The translations under genes were made by a program, and so were the position numbers. The notes beneath the pieces were generated by a model, which was given only the letters and a program-made list of their open reading frames with translations, was not told the origin of the DNA and made no database searches. A stretch of DNA of 64,000 nt from Macrostomum hystrix. Lineage: Eukaryota; Animalia; Platyhelminthes. Shown here piece after piece: positions 22,301 to 35,440 of this stretch. Where the stretch lies: assembly GCA_950097015.1 (NCBI GenBank), contig CATNEN010000001.1:22816001-22880000 (forward strand), in the 5' to 3' direction. Numbering within the stretch: the stretch's first letter is position 1; every line of letters begins with the position of its first letter.

Positions 22301-25300
22301 GAATTCAGGTTTCATAGAATCCAGGTTTCGTAGAATCCAGGTTTCTTAAAATCCAGGTTTCTTAGAATCCAGGTTTCTTAGAATCCAGGTTTCATAGAAT
22401 CCAGGTTTCGTAGAATTCAGGTTTCGTAGAATTCAGGTTTCAAAGAATCCAGGTTTCTTAGAATCCAGGTTTCGTAGAATTTAGTTTTCGTAGAATTCAG
22501 GTTTCAAAGAATCCAGGCTTCTTAGAATCCAGGTTTCGTAGAATCCAGGTTTCATTGAATCCAGGTTTCATAGAATCCAGGTTTCGTAAAATCCAGGTTT
22601 CGTAGAATTCAGGTTTCATAGAATCCAGGTTTCGGAGAATTCAGGTTTCGTAGATTTCAGGTTTCATAGAATCCAGGTTTCTTAGAATCCAGGTTTCGTA
22701 GAATTCAGGTTTTGTAGAATTCAGGTTTCATAGAATCCAGGTTTCAAAAAAATCCAGGTTTTAGAGAATTCAGGTTTCGTAGAATTCAGGTTTCGTAGAA
22801 TTCAGGTTTCCTAGAATCCAGGTTTCATAGAATCCAGGTTTCATAGAATCCGGGTTTCATAGAATCCGGGTTTCATAGAATCCAGGTTTCGTAGAATTCA
22901 GGTTTCGCAGAAACCAAGTTTCCCAGAATCCAGGTTTCATAGAATCCGGGTTTCCTAGAATCCGGATTTCCCAGAATCCTTGTTTCTTAGTTCTTAATAA
23001 TTCTAGATTGGAAGAGGCCTGGTTACTTAATTATTATATATTACTTAATACTGCATACGAGCATCTTACTGGTCAAAGTTTTTTTAAGAATGTTTTTTTA
23101 TCCCATGTTTCGACTCGAATACAGGTTTCAAATTCTAGAATTCGTAGTTTAAGATAATTGTCTGTTAGAACTAACGAAGTTCAAAGCAGATAAAGTGCTG
23201 GACAATGTTTATATTGAAATCAGATTTTACACATTTTAGGAAATCATAGCTGAAAGTTCAGCACTTTGCGACACGGGTCTCGTCAGCGCCACCAGCAGTT
23301 CTGAGCCGCAGAGCAGCATGCAGCGATTCCTGACTGTGCTCACTCAGGTCAGCCAGACGTTCAGCAGTGCCAAGCAGTACCAGTGCGTGAGCACCCTCAG
23401 ACTCATGATCATGAAGAGGCTGGTGTTCCAGGTGGGAAAGAACTTCACTATGAGAATCTTCGGCGGAGGTGAGCGCTTAAAGGGATTTGTAAAATTAAAA
23501 ATGGTGTCTAACATATTAATGTCAAAAAGGTTTGAGTCTGACTGGTTCGTGTCTAACAGGTTTGTGTCTAACAGGCTCGTGTCTAACAGGTTCGTGTCTA
23601 ACAGGTTAGTGTCTAACAGGTTAGTGTCTAACAGGTTTGTGTCTAACAGGTTCGTGTCTAACAGGTTAGTGTCTAACAGGTTAGTGTCTAACAGGTTAGT
23701 GTCTAACAGGTTAGTGTCTAACAGGTTAGTGTCTAACAGGTTAGTGTCTAACATGTTTGTGTCTAACAGATATATGTCTAACCGGAATGTCTCGTAGAGT
23801 TATTTGTCTAACAGTTTTTGTCTAACATTTTTTGCCTAAAAAGGTTAGTGTCTAACAGGTTAGTGTCTAACAGGTTAGTTGTCTAACAGGTTAGTTCTAA
23901 CAGGTTAGTCAAACTTTTATCTTACCTTTTTAACGGTTTTTTTAAAAGTGTTTCACGGTTTTGGGTAAGTTAATTTGTCACAGTATCTAACAGATTTCTC
24001 TGAAATGGCTTAAAAAATTTCCCAATAAAAAACTTTATCACAGATCCGGCAAATTTTCTAAAGTGGAACTGCGCGGTCCAACTGCGAGTCAACCTGGACC
24101 AGCTGGAAGAGTGGCTGCGTGAGGAGGCTCTCGAGCAGTTCCTGCCGGCGCTGGATTTGCCAAACAGCATCGTGGACTTGCTGGCCACGACCAAGGCACG
24201 ATTGGTGTCTGTGAGTTTAACAGCTGCGTGGCTTTAGATTGCTGACATCAACCTGTTTGACAAAAACCTGTTAGACACCGACCTATTAGACACCGACCTG
24301 TTCGACACCAACCTGTTAGACGCAAATCTGTTAGACACCAACCGGTTTGACGCAAATCTGTTAGACACCGACCTGTTAGACACCAACCTATTAGACACCA
24401 ACCTGTTAGACACCAACCTATTAGACACCAACCTATTAGACACCAACCTGTTAGACACCAACCTATTAGACACCAACCTGTTAGACACCAACCTGTTAGA
24501 CACCAACCTGTTAGACGCAACCTGTTAGACACCAACCTATTAGACGCAAATCTGTTAGACACCAACCTATTAGTCGCAAATGTGTTATGCACCAACCTGT
24601 TAGACACCAACCTGTTAGACACCAACCTGTTAGACACCAACCTGTTAGGCACCAACCTGCTAGACACCAACCTGCTAGACACCAACCTGTTAGACACCAA
24701 CCTGCTAGACACCAACCTGTTAGACACCAACCTGTTAGACACCAACCTGCTAGACACCAACCTGTTAGACGCAAATCTGTTAGACACCAACCTATTAGTC
24801 GCAAATGTGTTATGCACCAACCTGTTAGACACCAACCTGTTAGACACCAACCTGTTAGACACCAACCTGTTAGGCACCAACCTGCTAGACACCAACCTGC
24901 TAGACACCAACCTGTTAGACAACAACCTGTTAGACAAGAACCTGGTAGACACCAACCTGTTAGACACCAATCTCAGAATTTCTCCACTCTGTGCACATGC
25001 CCAATCAGACAAGCTGGCAGCAACTGCGCAAGCAATACCCGCTGATTCCACCGAGCATGCTCCACCGCATCATGCTGGAGTTCGAGTCCAGGTCAGGTCC
25101 GATGGGCGCATTGTGGGCTGTGCCGAGTGAAGACTCCGGAGAGGCGGCCTACAATGGTAAGTCTAGAGTTTCCTTGACATTTTTATAGGAATATTTTGCT
25201 TGCTTTCAGTTTTTTAAGTTCAACCTAGAACAGTAAAAACTATCCGTAACATTCAGTGACCTGCGCAATCGAGGATCACTTTCAACTGGCCATTGTGAAC

Positions 25301-27772
25301 TGTCGAATCCCAGTTGAATCGGTGCGTCCCAGCGTTAGCCTCCGCCATCTGCTGATGAGTCCGGAGTTCAACCAGCTGCTGCGCCACATGGACAGCAAGA
25401 CGGCAGGTGAGTTGATCTTCTCATTTTTCTCTCCTCCCCTATAGCGGAGAGAAGGCTTGGGGGCTTGTCGTGCAGTATACGCCCATGAGGGCCAATCTGT
25501 ATGGCACAGTGAATGTGTACACTGCCTGACGATGAGAAAGTCAGGGCAGATGTACTCACCTGTGTTAGCGTGTGCCTGCGTGCGGTATCTGCGTGTGCGT
25601 GAGTGTGTGCTCAGGAGCCAGAATTGTCTCCTCGCTGGCTGCGGTTCTACTGTCATCAAAAGATGCATCAGTGCCCAAAGCCCTCCTGAAAAGACTTCTG
25701 CGTAGTCTGTGGTACTCCTAATGCATTCGGCATGCGCAAATATATAAATTTCTTTAGATAAAAAAAGCATGAATAAATGATTAGCCTTTGCAACCGCATC
25801 CACAGCCAGCAATTGTCGGCTCCAGTGGCGCCACGTGGCGAGTCACATTCGCGATCGTCTCGGCCCTCAGAACCAATCAACGCCACAGTTGGGAGGCCTT
25901 TTCGCGGTCTCCCAGAAGGCCGCAGTTTCCAACAACGCATCGGCGGCGGCGGCAGCGCCAGACAGCGATCAGGAAGACCAATGCGATAACGACGAAGACA
26001 CTCAACGACAGGCGTTCTACGACTCTTTGAGCGACGAAGATCGAGGCGACGGATCGCCTGTAGAGCTTCGTCTTGATGACGATGATTCAAACGACACTAC
26101 AATTGCCAAATCACCAGCTAAAGTGGCTGTGAATCTTTTTCGAAATCCGAATCTCGTCAGTCAATTCGCCCGCCTCACGCCTCGGGCCGAGCTCGAGGCC
26201 CACGAGGACTTGGACGAAGACGCGTCTATCGGTGCGGACTCCTTCACCCTGGCCAACACTCTCAGGAACGAGATGCTGGCTCACTATGTCCACTCTGACA
26301 GCAGCGGCTCCTGTGACGAGTCCTCACTTCCTCGGAAGCAGCAGAGACCGACCTATCCGCTTGGCTTCCAGGCAGTCTGGAATGGCGAGGACAGCGAGAG
26401 CAACGCAGAAAACTCAGCCGCAGCCACAGAAGAGCTTTACAGACAGCACACAATGTCCTTCGCGGTGTCCGAACCGACACCAGCGCCGATGACACCGATG
26501 CTGTTGCGGCAACAGCAGCAGCAGCAGCAGCAGCCGCCGCCTCCACCGCTACCACCTCCTCGCTCGTGGTCATTAAACAATCGACGAACACAAATTGAAG
26601 GTCGTCGTTACAATGCGCCGTCGCCAGCCGCGCAGAGTTTACGATCCGCCGCTGACGCTGACGACGAGCCAGACCTGTTCTTCGTGACCCTGAGCAGGCA
26701 GCGCGGACAGTCCTTTGGCATGGAGCTCATCGATGGACAGGTATTTATGATGCGAGTCATGAGCAAAATCTCGTTAATAATGCAAGATTGTACAAGTACT
26801 TAACTGTATTTTAACTTCACGCCACAAAACAACAAGCATCACGTGATAAATTTCTCAGAAATGCCCCCTGATATCGGCCGGAGTTTACATTCGGAGCATT
26901 GTAGCGGACACCCCGGCAGACAGGTGTCATCGGTTGTGCCCCGGTGACCGAATCATCGCTGTCAACAATGAGAGCCTGGTGAATCGGCCCTATGCCAAGT
27001 GAGTTAATTCATTTGTAGTTGTGTCTAAAAGTACAAGTCACAAAAAACGAACGCTCTTCCATAACGTTCGCAGTTATAACACACAGTCAGCATGTCATTT
27101 GGTAAAAGTAGACCCACAGCCAGCGAGAGGCAATTCTGCCCATTCCGCTGACTCCTGAGCGCACACTCACACGGATACTTAGGCAATATTAATAGTGGTA
27201 ATAAAAATTATATTTGATCACAACTGCCCCCAATTGGGCTAGATGTGCAGCCGACAGCACAGCCGTAGCTTCTGAAGACTGCGTACGGCTGTTCAGTCCA
27301 TGGACTGGGGGACGCCACACCCACCCTCAATTTAGCCCAGCTGATGCTGGTACTCATTTAACAGCCGAGTAAGCTGAAGCAATGCAGAGTTAAGTGTCTT
27401 GCTAAAGGACTCAAAAATTTTCAGTGTAGTCGAGAATCGAACCCCCGACCTTCAAATCATTAGTTTGACGCTCTTAACACTGAGCTTACGACCTCCGCAA
27501 TAACTCAAACCGGTGTAAATCGGCTCAGAATTTCTCATCGTCGGGTAGTGTACACCCGCAATGTGCCTTATTTTGAAGACAAGCCCCCAAGCCCTCTCTC
27601 CGCGGCTGCTCCCCAAACCAATGAGTCGGGCGAGTCACCGCTCAACCCGTCACCAACCCAACCAATCTGCAGATGCCTGAGCCTGGTGAAGAACTCTGAA
27701 TCGGTTCTGCAGCTTCTAGTGGCGAGATCTCCGCCCGAGGTGGCCATTCGAGTTCTGGCCACGGCCTCCTGA
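19362..27772 (+). CDS. RADIL: RADIL/afadin-family RA-FHA-DIL-PDZ protein with an in-frame TAA at 19764-19766. Exons 19362-21248, 23240-23468, 24044-24210, 25009-25156, 25257-25406, 25806-26740, 26859-26998, 27673-27772
   Basis: RA: PGSLKVF...LCEVIG...IQALWKP...RRFEL. FHA: DIHLRCADVQPQHC...VLLNG...LSPGDVISIG. DIL: WNCAVQLRVNLDQLEEW...DLLATTK. PDZ: FGMELIDG|...GVYIRSIV...GDRIIAVN. All splice phases are consistent. Confidence 0.82.
21330..21570 (+). repeat. Dispersed hairpin repeat family copy (intronic)
   Basis: Contains GTACATCAGCCCTGACTTTCTCATCGTCAGGCAGTGTAC; the 5' part matches 27090-27170. Confidence 0.75.
21821..22990. repeat. 16-bp satellite (GAATCCAGGTTTCNTA) in RADIL-like intron 1
   Basis: Tandem array. 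Confidence 0.95.
23503..23910 (+). repeat. 15-bp satellite (GTGTCTAACAGGTTA) in intron 2
   Basis: Tandem array. Confidence 0.95.
24245..24970 (-). repeat. Same 15-bp satellite in inverted orientation (TTAGACACCAACCTG) in intron 3
   Basis: Reverse complement of the 23503-23910 unit. Confidence 0.95.
25443..25600 (-). repeat. Dispersed hairpin repeat family copy (intronic, inverted)
   Basis: Reverse complement of the 49815-49980 and 21450-21570 copies. Confidence 0.75.
27222..27490 (-). mobile_element. tRNA-derived SINE with CORE-like domain
   Basis: Minus strand has B-box GGTTCGATTC, then CCTTTAGCAAGACACTTAACTC...CTGTTAAATGAGTACC (CORE-like). Paralogous to 30527-30800. Confidence 0.75.
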
Positions 27773-28009
27773 CCGCATGGACATGTATTTCGGTCTTCTG
27801 CTATTGACTGTACACATTTTGTCCTGGTTCTTGTGATAGCTTGTAAAAACATTTAAACTGTTTCTATGAAAAAATGAAATATACTCGCATATGCACTCGT
27901 TCAGCTGTGAAAATGTTTGCTACTGAAGCATTCTTATTTTATGTACTTTTGTTCATTACTGTCTATTGCAGAAATGGCTTATAAGTATCAAATTCTGGAT
28001 TGAATACAA

Positions 28010-28140
28010 GGGTATGTAGCCTGAGTGATTAGGCTGAGTGACTCGCGACTTGAAGGTCGGGGGTTCGGTTTCCACTGCAACAGTCCTTCGTTGCATTCAG
28101 ATGACAACAGGCCCGAATTGGACAGGGCCAAGTGTAATGA
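28010..28140 (+). mobile_element. Internally deleted copy of the same SINE (head joined to tail)
   Basis: TGTAGCCTGAGTG...GAAGGTCGGGGGTTCG head, followed by GGCCCGAATTGGACAGG...GTGTAAT tail. Confidence 0.55.
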
Positions 28141-28689
28141 ATCATTCCTATCATTGATGCATTAACAAAGAGACATACTACTACAAGAAATAAGTTAAGA
28201 TTTAAACCTTCGCTTTAGGTTGAGAAAGAATAAAAGAGATTGTCAGCTAGATCTGTCACGATAATGTGATGTTGTACATTAAAATAGGATTAATAATGCG
28301 AGGCTAGACTAGTACACCCTTGAGAATTTGAGCTGCATTTGAACAAAATATCAAATAGTCTACAGATCTAATAGCCAAAGCCTCACCAGTCCCACCCACC
28401 CTTCTCTCTGCACCTGGCAGGGTGACTTGTTGTCATTAGCAACGAGAAAGGCAGATAGGGTGAGAGAGTACGCAGAGCGAGCTCATTCCGCAGCTATTAA
28501 ACGTTGCAAAGCAGAAGAAGGAAAGAGAGGGAGAAATTCAATGTACACTGGAAGAAGCAGAGAACATAAGCAGATAGGCACAGAGAACGGATTGCTGGCA
28601 GAAAGTAAGAAGCAACGGGAAAAGGCCAGCTACCTACTGAAGTTTGAAGGCATCTTCCTGACCGTCCAGCAGGCCAGTAGTTGAGCCAA

Positions 28690-31600
28690 ATGGAGGAAAG
28701 CGTCGGCCAGGTGCTCCTAAAGGTACAGGACGACTTGGGTCGCCTACGCGAGCAGCTGGAAGCCGCAGCTGTAGTCGCAATCGACGCTGGCAGCCCGAGC
28801 AGCGCGGCTGCCCGATTCGACGCCAGGGCGCTGCAGGAGGCGCTGGCCAAGGCCGAGACGGATCTGCGAACACGGTCGAACGACGTCCTGAGCCGCGTCC
28901 AGGTGGCGCCCGTGCACCTGCCGCAGATTCAAAAGCAGCAACAGCTGACGATACGACGTCCGGAGCATGTGCAGCAGCAGCAGCAGCGGTACCAGCATGA
29001 ACCGCTGCCTACGGTTATCTCAGCCAAGGACTACAAAGGTGGCCTCCTCGCCCTGATGGAGCGGGGCTCCATTCCACCGGACGCCAACGTTGTCCTGGAT
29101 CCACAGCCCATTCGACATCGGCCGGCGCCGGTACACGACCCCGGAACTCGTCCGCGAGATCGATTCCCGGCCGATGCGGCGGATCCGGGCTACACACACG
29201 AGGGCTACCAGCTGGACGAGACCAAGCCAGCGAGACAGAACGGCGCGGTGACTGCGAAACTGAAATTCAAGACGTCGAGCAACAGCCCCGGCAATGTTCG
29301 AGTGCAACAATTCGAGCCGCCGATGCTTCGCTCGCGTTCAGCAGCCGACCGGGTGATGCATCATCAGCCGCCGGTGGCTGCAGCGGCTGCTCCCCAGGCA
29401 GCGGCAGCAACCGCAGTAGCGGCAGCAGCGCCACCACGCGAACAGTCTGCCGCGGCGGCGCCGCCGCCACCGACAACGCCTGCGTCGTTTGCTGTGGCAT
29501 CGAGAGCTGGTGCTCCGAGCGCAGTGCGTTTCAGCATCCAGAACGGCAAGGCCAGACGCGAGGCCAGCGACTTTCTGGCCTTCCGACGTCGCTGCGAGCA
29601 ACTGGATGGCGTCCAGTGGCCGCTTATCGAGTGCCTGTTGGAGCAACTCGAGCGACTGATGCAACGGTTTTCGATTCCGCTGGCCCAGGTGAACGGGGAG
29701 CTCCTGTGCGATCTGGCCGAGCTCACGGAGCCTGACACCACCTCGACTGACGATTTCGAGTTGCTTGATTGTGTGATGAATCGAGCCGATGTGCTCAAGC
29801 TGATGAGGCGGCCAGGCAGGCAGTTCGTCGGTCCGGGGGGCTCCGATCGAGCGGCCCTCGTTATTCAGAAGAGATGGCGAGGCTATCGAGCTCAACGGGA
29901 CTACCTGAAGCACCGCAGGCGAAATCAAGCAGCCAAGGTGATCGCCGAGCAGTGGAAGAGGTACAGCCGCCGGCTGGAGATTCGAGCGCTGCTCAAGCGG
30001 AGTCGTCAGGCGCACCTGGACGGCTACAAGCGGCGATTCTCATCGATGCAGGAGCTCTGGGATAAGTGGAGCGGCAAGCGGCGCATCATAATTCATCTGC
30101 CATCGCTGGGCTACCCGGAGAAGATCCGTGCAGGATTTCCTTGCTTCAGCCGCGTGCAGAATACGCAAATGGCTCGCCTGTGCGACATTCGCGATCTAAA
30201 TGTGGACGTAGTTCTACTTTCAGCAGTCGCTATTGACGACGAGATGACGCAGTACTATGATCGCTTATTGTCGCGACTGTCCACAGATGGTCAGAAGTCT
30301 CAGCACCAGCAGCAGCAGCAGCAGTCAGTGTCCAATCGATTCAAAATCATTGTTCCCGAGGCCGCCAAGTTCTTTGCCGACCGGAGCATACCGCTGGCCA
30401 CACTGCTCAATTACTCACCAAGAGCTCTGAGAAGAATAAGAAATCTTATTCAGGTGCGAGTGAAAACCATTTTTACTTTTTTGATGGACTTAAATGATGT
30501 AAAATGCATAATATAAGTGTAATTACACCTGCCCTAATCGGGCCAGATGTGCAGCCGACAGCACAGCCACAGCATTGCACAGCGCATCTGAAGGCTGCGT
30601 ACAGCTGTTCAGTCCATGGACTGGGGGACCCCACACCCGCCCTCAATAATCTCAGCTGATGCTAGTACCCAATTTACCGCTGGGGTGAACTGAAGTAATG
30701 CATAATTAAGTATTTTAATAAAGGACACAGTTTTTTCCACTGGAGTCGGGAATCGAACCCCTGACCTTAAAGTCGACGCTTTAACCCCTAGGCTACAGCT
30801 CTGTCGTGTCGTTTACAGTAATTCATGCACGTTTGAATACCGATAATAAATTTGTACAATAACTATTGCCAGCTTGTAGCGCAGTGGTTGTAGCATCGTA
30901 GTTCTGACCGAGAGATCCGGAGTTCGAATCCCAGTCCAAGGGAAACAGTTTGTGGCCTTGAGCAACAGACTTACTTACCTGGTGCGTCAGTTCACAAGTG
31001 CTATTGTCTTAACCTCGATGCAAAAACCACCCGATCGCGCTTTAACAGGGCCGACCAGCCTTCATCGTGCCGGGCTATCCGTGCCAAGACGACCTGGCCG
31101 TGGCCAACAAGCTTGACGTGCCGATCCTGTGCCCCGAGCCGCAGGTCGCGCAGCTGTACAGCACCAAGTCCGGAGCCAGGCGTATATTCCGCGCCGCGGG
31201 AGTGGCCGCTCCACCAGGCGACTTCGACATCTACTCGATGACGCAGCTGCTGGACAGCCTGTCCCAGCTCATCACTTCCAATCTCAGCGTCACCCGGTGG
31301 CTGCTGAAGCTCGACTCGCAATTCGACGGTCGCGGCATCGGCTTTGTGGACGTCGACAGGCTGCCCTGCTACCGGTGGGCCCTGCGCGAGCGACGGCGCT
31401 ACGGCGACAAGTGGGAGAAGAAGTGGGCCCAGGAGAAGGTTCTGCTCCGGGTGCACGAGGAGCTGCCGGAGCTACTCGCTTCGCCGGCTGCCCAGGTGGC
31501 CTGTCCCGATGCCTACTCCGATTGGGAGGCCTTCCAACAGGAGTTTCTCTCCCAGGGCGGGGTAATCGAAGCCTGCCCAGCAGCCGAATCTGTCACTCGG

Positions 31601-32371
31601 CTCACTGTCGACCTGTGCATCGAGCCATCAGGCTGGGTCCGCCTGCTGTCCAGCGGAGACCAGCTGCTGAGCGCCAGCCAGCCGTTCGCCTGCCTCGGCA
31701 TCTCGTCGCCTCAGTGCAGCGTCGCTCCGTCGCAGCTGAACGACCTCTGCCGCCGGGTTGGCGACGCCTGCCGCGAGCGACACATCTACGGCCACGCCAG
31801 CGTAGACTTTGTCACCTTCGAGTCGGACTTCGAAGCTGGCCGTCAGGAGCTGTGGGCCACCGACCTCAGCCTGCACTACAGCGACACGGCCGCCCTGTCC
31901 CAGCTGTTCTACTTGGCCACGGCTGGCCGCTTCGATCCGGAGCAGCACGAGGTTCTTGTCGATCAATCGAAAGTCGGCATCGACAAGTCAAAGTCGATTG
32001 TTTCTAGACGTCTGCAAAGAGATCGAGGCCGACGCTACGCCACAATGTCCAGCCGGCTGCGGCACAGCAACCTGTCCCAGCTGCAGTTCTCCGCATTCTT
32101 CAAGGTCTGCAAGGCCCACGGCATCGAGTTCGACACCCGGTCGCGGGTCGGGAGTCTCTTCTGCCTCGTGGATCCGTTCAATCGGGACGCTGTCGGCATG
32201 GCAACCATTTCGTCCGATCTGCTCACCTCACTGGAGACCTTCGCCAGAAACTTGACCGTGCTCAACCAGGAGGTGACGACTCCCACAGACTTGGGCGACA
32301 GCAATTTTGATGGAATCATTGAAGAACTCGACGAGGTCATCAGCGCGGCGAAAGAGAATGCCAAAGCATAG
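28690..32371 (+). CDS. IQCH: IQ motif-containing protein H homolog; exons 28690-30453 and 31049-32371
   Basis: N-terminal VGQVLLKVQDDL; IQ motif IQKRWRGY; IIIHLPSLGY...QNTQMARLCDIRD; ATP-grasp-like C-terminal half (YSTKSGARRIF, GGVIEACP). Phase-0 CAG|GT...AG|GGC junction. Confidence 0.9.
30527..30800 (-). mobile_element. CORE-like SINE in the IQCH intron
   Basis: Collinear similarity with 27222-27490. Confidence 0.75.
30873..31000 (+). mobile_element. Second SINE (head + CORE-like part), head-to-head with 30527-30800
   Basis: TGTAGCGCAGTGG A-box, GGAGTTCGAATCCC B-box, then GGCCTTGAGCAA...CTTACTT. Confidence 0.65.
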
Positions 32372-32786
32372 GGCTCTCTTAGAATATTGCGCTGCGACTG
32401 TAACACTTTCTCTTCCTGAGTACTGTCGATTTTCTCGAGTTCATGCCATTGTTGTACTAACGTGAGAGCTCTATTGTGCACTCTATTATGATGCAACAGA
32501 ATCGATGGAATTTTTACTTGAAACTTTACCTGAACTGACGAAATACTCGAATACTCGTAGATAGCTTTCATTTGCTTAAAAATGTATTTTAATAGAAAAA
32601 ATTAACACTTGATTCTTTTCAATTACTGATTTTTGTGAATTACTACTTACAAGTAGAGTAGCATTGCTGAGGATTCTGATAAATATTTTCCAATTAAAGA
32701 AATGCTTTTGATAGCTTAAGCCTGAATAGAAACAAGAATCGACAAAGGAGCAGAACTAAAGAAGCGGAAGGAATCGAAGCTGTTTC

Positions 32787-34032
32787 TGTAGCCAGAATCG
32801 AAGGAAGAACCGTAGCCAGAATCGCAGTAGGAACCGAAGCCAGAATCGAAGGAAGAACCGTAGCCAGAATCGCAGTAGGAACCGAAGCCAGAATCGAAGG
32901 AAGAACCGTAGCCAGAATCGCAGTAGGAACCGAAGCCAGAATCGAAGGAAGAACCGTAGCCAGAATCGCAGTAGGAACCGAAGCCAGAATCGAAGGAAGA
33001 ACCATAGCCAGAATCGAAGGAGGAACCGAAGCCAAAATCGAAGGAAGAACCATAGCCAGAATCGCAGTAGGAACCGAAGCCAGAATCGAAGGAAGAAACG
33101 TAGCCAGAATCGCAGTAGGAACCGAAGCCAGAATCGAAGGAAGAACCGTAGCCAGAATCGCAGTAGGAACCGAAGCCAGAATCGAAGGAAGAACCATAGC
33201 CAGAATCGAAGGAGGAACCGAAGCCAAAATCGAAGGAAGAACCATAGCCAGAATCGCAGTAGGAACCGAAGCCAGAATCGAAGGAAGAACCGTAGCCAGA
33301 ATCGCAGTAGGAACCGAAGCCAGAATCGAAGGAAGAACCATAGCCAGAATCGAAGGAGGAACCGAAGCCAAAATCGAAGGAAGAACCATAGCCAGAATCG
33401 CAGTAGGAACCGAAGCCAGAATCGAAGGAAGAACCATAGCCAGAATCGAAGGAGGAGCCGTAGCCAGAATCGAAGGAGGAGCCGTAGCCAGAATCGAAGG
33501 AGGAGCCGTAGCAAGAATCGCAGTAGGAAGCATAGCCAGAATCGAAGGAGGAACCATAGCCAGAGTCGCAGGAAGAACCGTAGCCAGAGTCGCAGGAAGA
33601 ACCGTAGCCAGAGTCGCAGGAAGAACCGTAGCCAGAGTCGCAGGAAGAACCGTAGCCAGAATCGCAGGAAGAACCGTAGCCAGAATCGCAGGAAGAACCG
33701 TAGCCAGAATCGCAGGAAGAACCGTAGCCAGAATCGCAGGAAGAACCGTAGCCAGAATCGCAGGAAGAACCGTAGCCAGAATCGCAGGAAGAACCGTAGC
33801 CAGAATCGCAGGAAGAACCGTAGCCAGAATCGCAGGAAGAACCGTAGCCAGAATCGAAGGAGGAAACGTAGCTACGAGCTAGAATCGCCGGAGGAAACGT
33901 AGCTACGAGCTAGAATCACAGGAAAAACTGTAGCCAGAATCGCAGGAGGAACCGTAGCCAGAATCGCAGGAAAAACTGTAGCAAGAATCGAAGGAGGAAC
34001 CGTAGCCAGAATCGCAGGAGGAACCGTAGCCA
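32787..34032. repeat. 24-bp minisatellite (ACCGTAGCCAGAATCGCAGGAAGA and variants)
   Basis: Tandem array with alternating variants. Confidence 0.95.
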
Positions 34033-34519
34033 TATTCACATTAGCAGAGTAGGTTAGAGCGGAATGGGAGGCCATGATAACAATCGAACCGAGGATCTCA
34101 GAATGACATCCAATACAAAAATGAAGTACGCGCTGCAGCATCTCGCTCCGTGAGAAGCCATGGGATTCTGAATTTTTGCTGCGATTTCCTAAAAGCCCTT
34201 GAGCAAACACTTTGAGCTTCAGCCAGAGTGTGCTAAATTAGTCACTGTGCGCAGTAAGTACATCTGTGCCCTGTATTCTAGCCTTGGTGCTTCATCCTGA
34301 GCATTATCTATCTTCATCTGCATAGCTTCCCTTCCTACATATGCTCATCCTCTCATTGCTAGCAATCCGTAACTGCCAGAGCTGGTTGAGCACGCTGGGA
34401 ATAAATTTTACTAGGAGTATTTTCCGCCTGTTTGAGAATAAGATTGGGCTCTGTAATCAGATTGGGGATAAATGAGGATTATTCGCCTTGCTCAAACTAG
34501 CTTTGCGGAATGCTCACTC

Positions 34520-35440
34520 TCCCCTGACTCTCTCCGTCTCACGGTTTGTCTCACCCTGACTCTATCTGTCTCACAGTTTATCTCACCCTGACTCTCTCTG
34601 TCTCACAGTTTATCTCGCCCTGACTCTCTCGATACCACAGTTTGTCTCAACCTGACTCTCTCTGTCTCACAATCTATCTCACACTGACTCTCTCTGTCTC
34701 ACAGTTTATCTCACCCTGACTCTCTCTGTCTCACAGTTTGTCTCAACCTGACTCTCTCTGTCTCACAATCTATCTCACACTGACTCTCTCTGTCTCACAA
34801 TCAATCTCACACTGACTCTCTCTGTCTCACAATCTATCTCACACTGACTCTCTCTGTCTCACAGTTTATCTCGCCCTGACTCTCTCGATACCACAGTTTG
34901 TCTCAACCTGACTCTCTCTGTCTCACAATCTATCTCACACTGACTCTCTCTGTCTCACAGTTTATCTCACCCTGACTCTCTCTGTCTCACAGTTTGTCTC
35001 AACCTGACTCTCTCTGTCTCACAATCTATCTCACACTGACTCTCTCTGTCTCACAATCTATCTCACACTGACTCTCTCTGTCTCACAATCTATCTCACAC
35101 TGACTCTCTCTGTCTCACAGTTTATCTCGCCCTGACTCTCTCGATACCACAGTTTGTCTCAACCTGACTCTCTCTGTCTCACAATCTATCTCACACTGAC
35201 TCTCTCTGTCTCACAGTTTATCTCGCCCTGACTCTCTCGATACCACAGTTTGTCTCAACCTGACTCTCTCTGTCTCACAGTTTATCTCACCCTGACTCTC
35301 TCTGTCTCACAGTTTGTCTCAACCTGACTCTCTCTGTCTCACAATCTATCTCACACTGACTCTCTCTGTCTCACAGTTTATCTCACCCTGACTCTCTCGA
35401 TACCAGAGTTTGTCTCAACCTGACTCTATCTCACAGTTTT
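34520..35440. repeat. 32-bp satellite (CTGACTCTCTCTGTCTCACAGTTTATCTCACC)
   Basis: Tandem array. Confidence 0.95.

Noticed and set aside
25520-25555. CTGACGA-TGA-GAAA resembling a hammerhead ribozyme core
   Set aside because: No room for stem II, and the motif is sequestered in a simple hairpin; stems I and III could not be built.
30873-30950. tRNA gene
   Set aside because: A/B boxes are present but there is no convincing cloverleaf and it continues into a CORE-like SINE body; the same applies at 828, 28010 and 55090.
32694-34032. Possible RS-rich/protamine-like or hydrophobic repeat protein
   Set aside because: A 24-bp repeat is open in several frames. The RS frame has a stop just upstream and no ATG or clear splice context.
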